A stretch of 64,000 nucleotides of DNA from Chlorokybus atmophyticus. Lineage: Eukaryota > Plantae > Mesostigma and Chlorokybus algae. The position numbers were made by a program, and so were the translations under genes. Under the pieces are notes generated by a model. That model saw only the letters and a program-made list of their open reading frames with translations. It was not told the origin of the DNA and searched no databases. The stretch is taken from assembly GCA_009103225.1 (NCBI GenBank), contig RHPI01003389.1, positions 248,001 through 312,000 of the forward strand, written 5' to 3'. Below, one piece after another: positions 48,196-62,055 of this stretch. Every line of letters starts with the position of its first letter. Position 1 is the stretch's first letter.

Positions 48196-50246
48196 TCATC
48201 TCTTGATGTTCAGCATGTCTTTGGCCTCTTGCTGCTCGGCTATAACCTCATCGCTCGCATATTTACTTAGCAGCTCCTGGAAAACGAGATGCACATATCA
48301 GCAACCGCACAACAATAGCGTGTCACGCAACACGCAACAGCAAGGACCAACACCAGTCTCCTTGCCTTCTTCTTCTTCTCCATAACCATTTGCTCAATGT
48401 CCTTTTGGTCTGGAAGCGGCACGTGCGCGACAAAGGCTCGCCTGGCGGGCGCTTCCTCAACTTCCGACACGAGACCTGGAGTTGTGGCGTCCTCGTCCAT
48501 AAACTCCACCAGGCTCTCAACGGCTGACGGCTCCACATTAACCACCTGAGAGACGTGCGCATTATGGCATAAGGGACAAAACGATATGCACAATACGAAA
48601 CATGAAGCAGCAATGTGTGCATTGAAGCAGCACACTTACATCTCCACTGGTGACGTGCTGCTTGGCTTGAGCTCGTTCACGCTGCTCCTCTTCCCATCTG
48701 GCAACGGCTTGGGCTATCAGTTTCTTCTCCGCATCAACCTCCACCTTGACCAAAACACCATCCTCTTCATCTCTGGAGGAGGCATAGTTCACAGCAAAGT
48801 TAACTGTATCCATCACGGACTGAAGGCTTATAATGCTGTATGACAAGAACACAACAAACGGCGAACCTACCTGAAGCCGTAGTAATCTGCATCAATGCTC
48901 TTGAACATGTCATAACGCGTGCGCCTCTGCTTCTTTTCCGGCGGTTTGTGAAACAGCTCTCGCACGCCCGGCAAGTTCTTCGCGGCCCCAAAGTACCTAT
49001 CAAGAAGCATATTGAGAACATGACAGCTGCACGCACTTTTACTCAAGTGCACATACCAATAACATAGCAGACACACATTGTTCAACTTAAAGCTGGATTG
49101 GGACACTCAACATAACGCCGATGTAACATATCAACCGCATACCAAACACACTAAGTTCAACCTGTAACCGGGGCCCCTTCCCGATACTTCGTATTGGTTG
49201 CCATCCACATCTTCAATAATCTTCGGTCCTCGTCGCGAGTAATCGGGGCCCCCGAGCTCCACTATACGGCGCTCCCAGTGACCCTTCTCTCGAATCAGCT
49301 TGTTGATCTCATCATTTAGATCCCGCAACCGTCCCTCACCCAGCCCGGCATTCTGAATCTCCGTCACCTTCTTGCCGATCTCGCGCAGAATCTGCGCATG
49401 TTGCTGGTTGATGCGGTGCTCAATGGGACCTTAGTTACAACTAGACGCAGCTTTTGTACCACCAACATGCACATGTGCGCGTGCAAGTGTTTACCAACAT
49501 AATGGGCGGTGTGAGACGCACATGTTGCCACATGCCAAAGAAATGGGCAACACGTGCGTCACACAACACGTTATGTTGGTGCACATATTTCGACTAACCT
49601 AAGCAGCTAAGCAACACAACAACTGCAACAGCGTTATTGTCTCATGTTGTTGCATGTGTGCACAAACACATGTGTAAACACAGCAGCATGCTGACAATTC
49701 CTGACACTGCAACAGCTTGCATGACAAAGCAGCAGTTGCAAGGGTTTGCACAAGCACTGCACGTGACCCCGTTCAATGTCACAATACAATAAACAATAAT
49801 GTGCACGATTATTGATCATAAAGTATAGCTTAGTACTTCAGAGACACGACCACCATGTCCTTGAGTTCACGGCAAGCTGAAACAGGACTTGCTCATCCAA
49901 CCAAACGCCACTGCATAACGGATTGCTCATGCAAAAACACACTTTGTGCAAACAAGCAACTTCAATTCCATCGTGTTGTTGGCATGGTACGCGCATGTAA
50001 GAAGAAATGCAATCTTTGACAGACAGTAGAGGATACATGTGTTATCAGACAATAGAACATGCAGAGCAGTGAAACACACGGTGTTGTAACAACACTCACT
50101 TGTTGTCTCCATTTGTCCGCATCATTGAGGTCTCTGCACAGGGATGCCAGGTACGGTCTCTTCATCTTGGGCTTCTGGGCGTCATCCTTTTTCATCTGCA
50201 GGAAACGGTTGAGCATGGAATTCGCCTTCTCTTCATTGCGAGCCAT
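48196..50246 (-). CDS. ISY1: Pre-mRNA splicing factor ISY1 (NTC component); multi-exon
   Basis: [83 protein letters not shown]...MLNIKR*. Confidence 0.96.
48277..48365 (-). other. Probable GC-AG final intron of ISY1
   Basis: AAG|gcaagg...ttccag|GAG gives KKKK-ELLSKY, matching recalled homologs. An in-phase GT 12 nt downstream is an alternative. Confidence 0.7.
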
Positions 50247-50388
50247 CTTGAACTGATCACTTGAGCTCCTCCGCACTCAGCAAGGGCTTTTGAGCTTGCT
50301 CAACCAGTACACAAATAGACTGAACGCCGCCGACTACACCAACCACACCGCCGCCGCCCCTGCCACCGCCTGCCTCCCTGACACAAAC

Positions 50389-50404
50389 AAACCCTAACCC
50401 TAAA
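50389..50404 (+). promoter_or_regulatory. Tandem telo-box AAACCCTAACCCTAAA between ISY1 and FKBP53
   Basis: Read directly from the sequence. Confidence 0.65.
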
Positions 50405-50672
50405 TGTCCTGAACCCAGACTTGAGGTACCAGTCCTGCTCCAGGTCCCAACTATGGCCTGACCCAGGAAAGCTAAACAATGAAGATATGAAGTAACCTAA
50501 GTGAATATCGGTTAACAATCTAATAAAGCGCGTAAGCAGCGGCGTACAGGAAATGTGTCGCCTTACAGCGCATCAATGCATTTCCGGAATCAAAGCGGTT
50601 GTGTTTTACATTTTGGTCTGGCGGCGGCGGGAACGGCGGCGGCGGCGGCGGCGGCAAAGCTCTTGAGCAAAG

Positions 50673-53515
50673 ATGGTTTTCTGGGGTGAGTGTGCTGCTG
50701 AGCCGTTGAGTAGGGATTACAACTGCAAGGTCGGCAGTTAGCTTGCCTTGTATGTGTAATGCACGAGGCATGCTGGCCAACTGCGTTGTGCATGGTGTCG
50801 TGTCGTGGTGTTGTTCATGTATGGTTCTGAGCTTTCGGTTCTGAGGTGCATGATCAGGCACGGTGGTGCATGCCGGCAATGCTTCACTTGCAAGTGCATG
50901 CTGTGGTGTGGCAGTGTACACTGCACCTGCGTCAGCTTCAGCTTAATAGGGAAATTTGAAACTCAGTCTGTTCATGCAAGTTGCGCTTATCCGCTGGCAT
51001 GGCTAGTTGTTTGATGGTGGCTGGTTGCCCTCAGGCAAGGAGATCAAGCCTGGAGAGTCCTATCAACTAGAGCCACTGCCAGTGCCCTACAGCAGGCTGC
51101 ATGTTTCTCAGGTGAGCGCCGAGCCTTTGACCCGATCAAATTCATATTTATGGTAGTTCTTTCACTCGTTGATGTCATGCTGTCTTGCATTACGTCGTTG
51201 GCAGTGCATAACGCGAAACCTTTTTACATGACATGTTCTTGTCCATAATGTGCATTGTTCCTGTCACAACTGCTCTGACTTCGCTATACGTGCATTTCTT
51301 CATGGCAATGCTCAGTCTATGTTTGAAGCTGACTCGTGTCAACAGTTTATAGCGACTGCAGAAGCCGCAGCATTCAATTTCAACTGCATTGAAACTGACT
51401 ACAAGCTGCCCCTCCCCATACATGCACAACGCAAGCTCAAGCACATACGCATACACAATAGAAGCATTTAGTCGAAACATAAGCAGAGGCAGTTTGACGA
51501 ATCACTTGCTACGCTATCTATCACGTTTTGGAATGTATGCAACGGCTTAACAATGTGTAAGGTGCGTGCATGTTGAAGCGCCTGCGCTCGAATCGCATGC
51601 AACATGTCTCTCCTTTAGGCTACTCTAGGTTTTAAGGAGAACGAAAAGGCCAACGAGCGCGTGGTTCTCAAGTGCCAGCCGGCAGATGAAGATGCAGAGG
51701 AGGTCCTGATATGCTCTCTGAGGAGCGGTCAGAACGACACGTGCTCGCTCGACCTGAACTTTGAAGAACCGGTGACCTTCACGGTGCAGGGCAACAACTC
51801 CATTCACTTGGCTGGCTACTGCCAGTACCCGGATTCGGATGAAGATGAGGACCATGACACTGATGACGAGTCTGATGAAGAACGGTACGTGTTAAAGAGG
51901 AAGTGTTGCATGTGTACACACCTTGTGTTACACTGTTGCTCAGCATTGTCATCTGCTGCTTGTGCATAGTCTCACGGCAGGTGACCTTAGATCACACTTC
52001 CTGGCCATGGATGACGAGGCTGATGAGGATGAGGATGAGGATGAGGATGAGGAAGATGAGGATGAGGATGAAGATACACCGGTTGCCAGATCATCCAAGG
52101 GTATGCATGTGCATGCTGTTGCACGCTAGCAATTTTGCAACTCCTTGTGAGGCCAAGTCTCTATCTGTGCCAGTGATCATCAAAGAGTTGGACGACAAGG
52201 GCAATGAGGTGGACAACGATGACGACGATGATGATGATGACGAGTATGAGTTTGATGAGGGCGACGAGGATGAAGATGAGGAGGATGAGGAGGAAGAACC
52301 AAAAGACCTCAGAGAAACCATTGCAAAAATGGCAAACAAGCGGGGAGCTCTTACACCTGAAGGAGGAAACAAGAAAGCCAAGTTGGAAGCGTGAGTGAAT
52401 GTATGCTTGGAAGCCACCTCTGTTGCTGGGTATAGCATTGCATAGCTTTCGTGCACGTATATAGTTACAACAGTTTTCTCATGCTGAGTGCTTTGCAGTG
52501 GCAAGTCTGCTGCAAACGGAACTCCTGCGAAGGGCTCTGAGCAGAACAACAAGCAGACTCCCAAGACGCCTGCCCAGCAGCAACCCGGCAACAACAAGAA
52601 GGATGCAAAGACGCCTCAGGGTGCGAAGACGCCAGCTGGTCAGGACCAGAAGCCTTCTGAGAACAACAAGACCAATGGCGCCAACAACAAGACGCCTGCT
52701 AAAGATGCGAAGACGCCGGCCAAGGATGCCAAGACGCCCGCAGCTGGGAAGGATGCCAAGACGCCTGCAAAGGACGCCCAAACACCTGCCAGTAAGTGTA
52801 GATGCTGCAGTTTCAAGCATATCTCCTGAATCAAAAGGCGCTCACGTCTCTATTAGTAGCGCTTTTCGCCTTGCTTGCATGTCGGCTGTGGTCTCTCGTC
52901 TGCAACCATCAGAGGGCTTTCATTCTCAATGCTGACCTATGGCTCGTCGCTGCTTACTGATGGTGACTGGCTTCATGTGCCCGCCAGGCGGTAAGAAGCC
53001 AAGTGTAAGGAAGTTCCCCAACGGTTTGGAGATCGAGGACATCGCCATGGGCAAGCCTGATGGCAAGCTCGCCAAGCCTGGCACAAGGGTGACGATGAAC
53101 TACACCGGCAAGCTGAAAACCGGGAAGATCTTTGACACATCCGTTGGCAAGAAACCGTTCACCTTCCGTTTAGGTGTGAAAATTGGTCTGAAACACACTC
53201 ATTACATCAGGGGCTCTAGTGCAACAGCAAGCTACCTGGCTGACTACTGGCTTGTTGTATCTGTACCTCAGGTGTTGGTGAAGTCATCAAGGGTTGGGAC
53301 GTTGGAGTGCAGGGCATGCGAGTTGGCGACAAGCGCAAGCTCACGATACCCCCACAGATGGCGTGCGTTTGCCATACCTATGTGTACAGCGAGCTTTACG
53401 GTCATGTGAATGTGCTAACCCCGTATGTTGCAGGTATGGCGCGGAGGGTGTGAAGGGAACGATCCCCGGCAACGCCACGTTGCTGTTTGATGTTGAGCTT
53501 GTGTCTGTCAAGTAG
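50673..53515 (+). CDS. FKBP53: Nucleoplasmin-domain FKBP histone chaperone (FKBP53/Fpr4-like); multi-exon
   Basis: MVFWG|[36 protein letters not shown], acidic tracts, AKTP repeats, and the C-terminal FKBP domain (YTGKL...FD...[26 protein letters not shown]). Confidence 0.95.
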
Positions 53516-54143
53516 ACATTTTGTTTCAGGGTTGGTTCGGGGTTGGAGACTCTTTGCTAGGCGTGACGGTTGCACTTTGGGTTGTATGTTGTAGCACAGG
53601 ACCAGATTGAGCACTATCGGGAGCACGTTTTTCAAATAACAAATCAACGAATGTGTGCTTGTAGCCAACAGAAAGACACTTGCATACAATGCTACTTGCG
53701 TTGCTGATGGCCTTGCACGTCATTGCGACTGACTACCAGTGGGCTGTCAGTCCTCATGCTTCTGGCTCGTGAAGACAGGGTCAGAATGAGCTGGTCATGT
53801 CGCCATGCGCATGTTGTGTACAGACAATGCACAATTGTAGTGATGCATGTGATGTAGGAATCGCGCCTGCATTGATCCTCTTGTAAAAGGCAAACACCAA
53901 AGACCTCAACAACGCTACAGCATTGTCGTCAAAGTGTGTATCAACTGCCTCAGCAAGTAACAGCTTGGTTGAGAGCCAGAAGACACAAGACAACCAATCA
54001 CCAAAATATGCCTGCTACATATAAATAGCCTGTTTACCGGGATATGTAGCATGCTATTTAACATAGCATATGATATACTCAACGCAGATGTTGTCCTCTC
54101 TCACCAACTAGATTCGTAGCGAAGAGAAGTGTCTGCAACACTC

Positions 54144-57100
54144 TCAAGACACATGCGCACCACCCCCGCCGCATCTCCTCCACCCACTCAGCCCCCCCTC
54201 CCCTCCCTCCCCTCCCATCAGCGCATCCAGTTCCCCGTACGCCCGTCTCAGTCCCTCCCCGTAGTCCCGGAACAGTCCCGTCAGCATCGCCTCCGCGCCC
54301 GCGCAGTCGTCCCCCGACCCGGACAGACGCTGAGTCAGCAGCGCCAGACGCCAGAGGGGCTGCCAGTCTGAAGGGGAGGAGAGAGCGGAGGCGGAACGGT
54401 AGTGGGGGAGGGCGAGACGGAGGGAGGGGAGGTCGTGGGCCTGAGTGAGGGAGTGTGTGTGTGTGTGTATGTGTTTATGTGTGTGTGTGTGTGTGTGTTG
54501 AGCTTCTGTACGAGTGTATGTGTGTTACACGTGCGGGTGCGCGTGCAAGTGTGTAAGGGAATGTGTGTAAGTGCGTGCATGCATTGTTGAAGAATGATGA
54601 CATTGACATTGACATTGCACGAGAGACACGTCAGTGTTGTGTCTCTATGTGCGCGTGCATGTAAGTCTTTTTCGAGCCACATGATTTGCCTTCATGCAGG
54701 CGACAACCAATGAACCCACCCCAATATCTCTGGCATAACAATTGCACTGGATGTGGTGAGAAGTGGATGACACCACTGTTGTTACAACGCCACCCACCTG
54801 TCCTTCCGTGATGAGGCCACGCATGAGGTGGACAGAAGACAGCAGCGGGAACTTTGCGAGCTTGTCGTCAACGGTGGCAACAACCTTGTCTGGTACTGCG
54901 CTAGCCCCGTACGCCATGAAAGTGGCGTGCGCAGCCAGAACCAACTGCACATCAGCGCAACACGTAAAGCACATGAATAGACGGATGTGCGTGTGTGCGA
55001 ATATGCCTCATTGCGCGTTTACATGCGTGTCTGCTTGCGTGTGTGTACCTCCACAGGGTATGTCTCTGGGTGCGAGAGGCGCAGTGATGCAAGGGAATAG
55101 GTCTGCAGCGGCAGCAGCGTCTGGTGCATGGAGCCTCTCCGGATGCGGTACAGAAACAACTCCTCTCGTATGTGTGCGGGCACCAGGCCTACCGTCGCCT
55201 CTGCCCTCAACCTGGACAATGTGAGCAGGAGTGTTGTGTCAACATAGAAGATTCTGCCGTGCGCATGTTTGCACATACATGTATGGGGCGCACACGCACT
55301 CACAAATGCACAAAACGCGCATGCACGTACACACACGCGCGGGCATGCGTGTGTCTGTGCACGTGCGGGAATGCACACCCATCCACACATCCATTCACGC
55401 CCGCTCGCATGCAGATGTGCGCACTCTCACACGCACGCACGCACGCACGCACACACTTTTACGCGCAACAGATCATATGGGGCGGCATGCAATACGGTTG
55501 TCGTGCACGCAGACACGCACATGTGCACGGCAAGCATGTGTATCACCCAACGCGCCACTGTTATGTGTTGTAACAGTGCTGTGCATCCCACAAGTCTTTA
55601 CCAGAACGACCAGTCCTCATATCCAAAGAGTGTCGCTGGGTCGTACCCCCCCGCCGCGCGCCACACGTCCCGCCGCAGCACCGCGCTGCAGTGGAACGCG
55701 TTGGCGTACGGCAGCTGCGACCCGTCGTACTCGGGCAGCCTCCACGCATACTACGACACAACATGTGTGAGGTGACTGAAACAAACAGGTGATGCACGTG
55801 TGGATGCAAGTGTGGATGCAAGTCAGCACCTCCCAAGCACCGAAGCCCTTCAGATCAGCGATCACGACGTTCACGGACGTGTTGCGGTCGATGATGGCAA
55901 AGGCCTTGGACAGGAAGTCCTGCAGGTAGAAGTGTACAATGTCGGGGTGTGTTGATGTGTACGTGTGCGCGGTGGTGTGGTGAGAGGGGGGAGGNGTGTA
56001 TGTATGTAAGTTTGCATGCATGCATGTGCGTGTGCAAATGTGTGAGCGCGTGCGCGCGTGTGTGTCATCCGGGGAAAGTAATCACGTGTGAGAAGGGAGG
56101 TTGGTGCTGGCATTCACTCACCGGCGTGATGAGATCATCTGCGTCGAGCGGGAACACCCACTCCGCATGCGCGATTTGTATGCCCGCGTTGCGTGCGTCA
56201 GCCAGCCCGCCGTTGGCCTTGGTGACCACTCTCATGACCTGAATTACACACAACTATTGAAGTCATGTATCATGGATGAAACAAAATTTATGTTGGTTTA
56301 CTGAATGCGCACCTGTGGGCCAGTGTGTTTTGCAACAATATTGTTGATTACATCCAACGAGTCGTCCGTGCTTCCGTCGTCCACGAACACAATTTCCCAA
56401 CTTGTGAACTGACGCATAGACACAAGTGTCAACACATGGTGAAACCAACATGCGTCAACATGCGCAAAGTCAACATTGTCATTTACTTCTTGGGCGAGGA
56501 CGCTGTCGACAGTCTCGGGGAGGTCTCCGCCCGCGTTGTAGACGGGGATGATGACCGACACGCGCGGCCGCGTGTCCACTCTGCGCTGCGCGTACTCCAA
56601 CTGCAAACGGCAGTGAGTGGGAGAGATAGTGTGTTGGAAGCTGAGACAACGACATGCTTGTGGTTGCTGTTATGAGGTACGTGCTGTTGTCTCACCCTTG
56701 TGCGCTGGGCCCAACACGATGACGGCGCCAACGCACGCACCTCGCAAGCTTCTTCTGTGTCTGCGTGCGTAAAGCAAGTAATGAGCCATGCAGACACACT
56801 TGGGTGCGTGCGTGTGTGTGTGCGCATGCACGTCAACAATCGCATGCGCACGCACGCACGCACACACACACACACGTGCCTGTGTGCGTGCGTGTGTAGG
56901 TGCCTGTGCATTTCACAGGCACATGTTGTGCGTGAGACATTACTTATCTCACCTACGATGTCTATCATAACAGTAGCCGTGTTGACCGAAGCGTTGCGCC
57001 CGTCGTGCACCTGTTTGGCCACAACAGAGTTAACCCAAAAGTCTGCAGCAGGATGCAATGCAAACTTTACACACACAATTGCATTCACATCTCACGCGGT

Positions 57101-59813
57101 AAGTGAAGCTCGCGCACGCAGCCTCAAGGTGTCTGTCGCTGTGGTTGGGTTCGAAAGCGACGCGGTTGCGGGGATCGCGAAGCTCGGCGGGAACGGAGGA
57201 GATGACTCCTGCCTGCAAACCAGCTACACAGAGTTGTGTTGGGAATGCGATCTTGACACATACACACTCGCGCACGCCCACAAGCACGCACGCACGCACG
57301 CACAAAATCGCGACAACAAACCCACAACTGTCACTCCCTGTCTTCTCACCCGCATCGATGTCATACAGCGTCCCGTGCTGCCCTGCCAAGGTGGTGACGA
57401 ATGCAACGACACGGTCTTCAGTGACAGCGCTGTTATCGGCATTGTTATCAGCGTCGTTGTTGAGGACGTTGGCGGTGGCGAGGCCGGCGAGGTGCAGGAG
57501 GAGGGTGCCGCGGCCCGAGACGGCGCACTCGACCCTGATCTGCGTGAGGTGATGTTGAACACCGTGAAGAGTGCTTGTCTTGTGTCAACTGTCGTGTGGT
57601 TTGATGATAGCTTAAACCCATCAAACACTCATCCATGCATCCGTAACTGGGTCACATTGAACCTTACGTCGAACATCAATCTGTGCACCTCACAACCACA
57701 CACACACACACACGCGCACACACTCCTCCCCCTCTCAACCCAACTCCACCACCCTCTTCCCACTCCTCACCGGTGCGTCGCTGGGCGTCCATATGGGCCG
57801 CGTGCGCCGCCGCCCCCGCGTGGACGCGCCCTCCGGCCCGGCCCCCAGACTGGCGTGGTTGCCGCGAGGTGAAGCGTCGAGGGCGGAGGGGCCGGAGGCG
57901 TCGTCTAGGGGCCAGTAGGACACCAGACCTGCGGGCATGTGTACGTGGGTGTGCTACAAACACACTGGTGCGTGCAAGCAACCCGTTGTCACTCCCTGGG
58001 TTCATGCTCCAACAAAAAGTATACACACATGCACACTCACAGCCCCGCACCCGCACCCGCACTTGCACGCACGCATTACGCTTGCGTGTGCAGGTGCACA
58101 TCCATCCTTGGAATATCTACCTGGGGTGTCGGGGTCAGGCGGGGTGAGCATGTCCGCGCGCACTTGCTCCGGACTCAAAGCAAAATCCCAAATCTTAACC
58201 TGAACACAAAATCAACCCCCAACGTGTCGACAACAACATGTTGGGGCTTTCACGCTAACAACATGGATCTCACTTCATCCAGGAGTCCAATGAAGCGGTC
58301 GTAATCCCCTCCTCCAATGTAGATTGGCCCGTTCGTGTCGAGCTTGGCACCTTCGTACCGTACCGATGCACCCTCCACCCCGTCCACATACACGCTGCGT
58401 GTTATGATCAAGTTGTTGGTGGTGGTTGTGTTTGGGTTTGTTCTTGTTTGGAACGTGTAGCAGCTATCGTACCGGACATACTCGCCGTCGTATGTGCCGG
58501 CAAGGTGATGCCACTTGTCTCTGAATAGAATCTTTGAGGCTGCAAAATCCTGCTCGTGACATGTTAGTGACGCATGTTGGTGAACGGAAATGGCAATCAT
58601 CCGTGCAAAAGGTGACGCACATGCACAAATGCACGCGCGCACACATATATACACGCACGCATGTGCGCAGACGCGTGCACACGCGCGTGGACATGCACAT
58701 GATTGTACATGCGCATGCAGATGCAGATGCACGCGCAGCAACCCACACAGATGTACATGCGCTTGCGCTTGAACACGCACGCATGCGCACACGTATGTCC
58801 CTGTGAACACATACACGCTAACAGGCAAAGGCACTCACCTTATTATTCTGCCCGATGGCAAACCGGGCCACGCCCCCCGCATCCGTGTAGAGGTTCCACC
58901 CATTCCCCACCTAACCAACCACAAACACTCTCACTCTCCTCCTCTCACCACAAAACCCAACAACATGCATACCAACCCTTCACCCACCCATGCGCCCGCA
59001 GTGAGCACCCGACAGAAGCTTCGGTGTCGTGCTAGGCGGACCCACGCGCTGACGCTCACGGCTTTGCTCGGGAGTCCCACTGGCCTCGCGACCGCCGCAT
59101 ACGAGCCCTGTTGTGGATGTTGTTGTGACAGGGTGTGTGGGTGTGGGTGTGGGTGTGGGTGTGGGGATTGGGGGAGGTGGTGGTTGTGTGTTCTGCTCTT
59201 GCCTTGCCGTCGAAGAAGAGGGCGGTGCGGGCTTTGCCGGCGACGGGGAGAGGGCTGTCCCAGGCTGGTGGTGTTGATTCGGTTAATGCGCAAAAGAACA
59301 AGCATGAATGGGAAACTGCGCATGTGCATGCGCGTGTGTGTGCATGCGCTTGTGCATGTGTGTTTGCGATGGCACGGGTGTGTGTGCACATGCTAGGGTA
59401 TGCGTGTGTGAACAATCCATTGATGCTATGGGCTATATCCCATGACGTAAGTAAACCGAGCCCGTCAGTGAGACCACTTTTAATGACTGTATGATACAGA
59501 GCAACTAGTCAGTATACACACTGCAGTGGCGCAACCCTTCAAGCACACTGCGTGTCTCTCTGTTCATCCCAAGCCATGTATATATCAGTACCAGTTTTAG
59601 CTCTTTCATGCAAGAGACACAAACACACGCACGCGCACACACGCGCAAGCGCACACTCACACTCGCACGCTGCACCAACCTGTCGCAAGGTCAGTGCTGG
59701 AGGGCGCCTGTCGTTCGGCCGACGCCGCCGGCGACGACGACGACACCAGCACGACCAGCACCAGCAGCGTCGGCAAGAGTGTTGAGACCAACGCCAACGA
59801 CATCCTAACGGAT
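54144..59813 (-). CDS. Novel multidomain protein: signal peptide, LamG/ConA-like domain, Ig/cadherin-like segment, GT2 glycosyltransferase, helical tail; roughly 18 exons
   Basis: Signal peptide MSLALVSTLLPTLLVLVVLVSSSSPAASA. LamG: ALFFDGK|GSY, VSVSAWVR, KWHHLAGTYDG, VYVDG, FIGLLDE|VKIWD, LVSYWPLDDASG. GT2: VSVIIPVYN, FVDDGSTD, NGGLADARNAG, LDADD, GGYD, GYEDW, FLYR. Last exons partly uncertain; provisional stop at 54144-54146. Confidence 0.85.
59108..59202 (-). other. GC-AG intron in the LamG-GT2 gene
   Basis: AAG|gcaaga...caacag|GGC, 95 nt, which is not a multiple of 3. No usable GT donor is present, and removal restores FFDGK-GSYA. Confidence 0.85.
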
Positions 59814-61995
59814 GCTAGCAACAACTACCGCAGCAATATAGCTATGTGGGACCGATTGATTGCAACACCAGAGCAGAAGTCTAACAACCATGAGCACAAT
59901 GGCAGAAGGCTGTGACTCTGTAAGACTTACTACTCTATGGTTGACAAGCACTGATCCAAAGCCAAACCAGCCGCAAGTGCAGAGTCGGTCAGTCCGCAGA
60001 CCAGCAGCAGCAGAGCACTGCTGCTGTCAACAATCACAATGCAAATGTGCTGTGTTGGTTGTTGTTGCAACGCAGCGTATTCGCGTTACTTCTCAAAAGC
60101 GTGATCGCGGCGCTTAGAGTCACGTGCGCCGCTGCGGCTGGATGAAGCGTAAGTGCGTTACGGCTTGCTCGGCAGCAACGGCTCAGCACATTTGTCAGGG
60201 CGCAAAGCACTGCTTGTGACGCAGGCGTTATGAACACCGTGACGGCGCTGCCCGGCGTACCGCATGTCGTCGAATTACCACCCCCCCCGCCCAACGTTAC
60301 AACAACCGCGTTAGGAAGAAGGGGGGGGCTTTTTTGCAGAGGACCCTCCTACACTCATTTTTTACCCCTTATACAACACCCCTATTTGCGTCCTCAACTC
60401 TTGCACCTACTCATATCTTGGGGTCAGTAACTCAGCATGTGACAACGTCAAGTAACAATGTTTGCACATAATTGCAAACACCTCGCTACATTTGTCCACC
60501 TTCGTGAAAACAAATGCATCATGCATTTTTAAGCTATGTTCCATCCAGGCGAAAGTTGGTATACATTAAAGCCATCCTTGAAAATGTGTTGAAATTGATT
60601 GATATATCGACATATATGTTAATAGCAAAAAATGTATTGACATACAGCGCATGGTCATAACGGGCGTGATTAATACCAACTGCAAAACTGTCACCCCTCT
60701 TCGAATGTTAAATAACTCACCCAAAGACAACAATTATATGTGGATAGCACTTTTGACTTATTTAATTATGCTGTATTTTCGTCTTTTATCAATTTTAATG
60801 TGAGAGAGAGAGAGAGAGAGTCGAGCACGATCTCCTGAAGCGAAGGCACCGCGTAACACTTCATACATGGATGACATAATATATGGAGATACGATATGCG
60901 CTCACAGCACAGTAACTCCCACACTCATGCAGACATTCACCAACAATAACACCAAAAGCTTGCCTGCGTCCATTACAATATGCACCAAAGTCATCAGCCC
61001 TCTCCCTCTGCTGCTGCACGTTGTGCCCCAACCCTTGCCATCTGTCGTCTGAGCCTGCAGCCACTGCGGGATTTGAATGCACCCACACGCATGCACGTAG
61101 TGTAGTTGTGGGTTAGGTAAGGTTGGAGCTGATAAGGTACACAGCCCAGCCAGGTTTGTAAGCATTGCGTGATGTGCCTACTGTGTAGCCTACTGCTCTG
61201 CATGCTTGCCTATTATATGCATCGTTCTTCACACCAAATGCAATGTGAAAACAGTATAGTTGGTCTACTTGTTGATCTCCTCGGTATAACACCAACCCTC
61301 GTTCATTATATACATTATATACATTCATTATATACATTTATGAAAAGCAACAACTGTGCGTGTCGCTCATCACAATCCCCCCTGTTCTCTAGCCCATAGA
61401 ACTTGATTCATTTGTCAACCTTTTTGTCAGACATAATGTACAACAAATTTACCTACAAATGCAAACGCAAGTAAGGTTTTGCCCGAAACCATCATCTTGC
61501 CGAGTCTCACACCCTTACAGCAGCCGCTCTGTCGTCGCACACGCGTGGGCTGCTACCATCGCAACCTTACAGACAATGCTGGCAGGCTGTTGTCATTGGC
61601 AACCAAACCAACAAGCTAGCTGATACTCAGCCACCAGAGCACAAGTGAGATGCAGCATGCACACAATGCCAGCCGCCGCTGTTGCCTTGTCCGCTAATCA
61701 CAGCAGCGACGCCACGACCGCAACACGACACGCAAACGCAAGGCAATGCACGCAGCGACACTGGACTAGCACGTCGCAACGTCAATCGACGTTGGTGCCT
61801 GCCTGCTGGGCTGGGCTGCGGCGCTCAACCGCCGCAAGCTCCACACGCCAGGCCCACGACCATCCCTGAGGGCAATCAACCACCACCATCATCCCAGCCC
61901 CTCCCCACATGTGGAGTGATTCACTCCGAGTGAAGGCACAAGCGAAGCGTTCATTCAATCAGTCATTCATTTTCAAAGCTTCAAACACCCAGAAG

Positions 61996-62004
61996 AAACC
62001 CTAA
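61996..62004 (+). promoter_or_regulatory. Telo-box AAACCCTAA ~50 bp upstream of the AsnRS ATG
   Basis: Exact match in front of a translation-machinery gene. Confidence 0.65.
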
Positions 62005-62055
62005 TTTGTTCTGTTGAAGTTAGCTGCGGCAGTGGCGGCGGCCTGGGCGGCGAGG

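Noticed and set aside
51112-51618. Large FKBP53 intron and desaturase intron 1 (18965-19578) inspected for intronic snoRNAs
   Set aside because: I found no convincing RTGATGA/CTGA box pair with a terminal stem, and no H/ACA structure, by eye.
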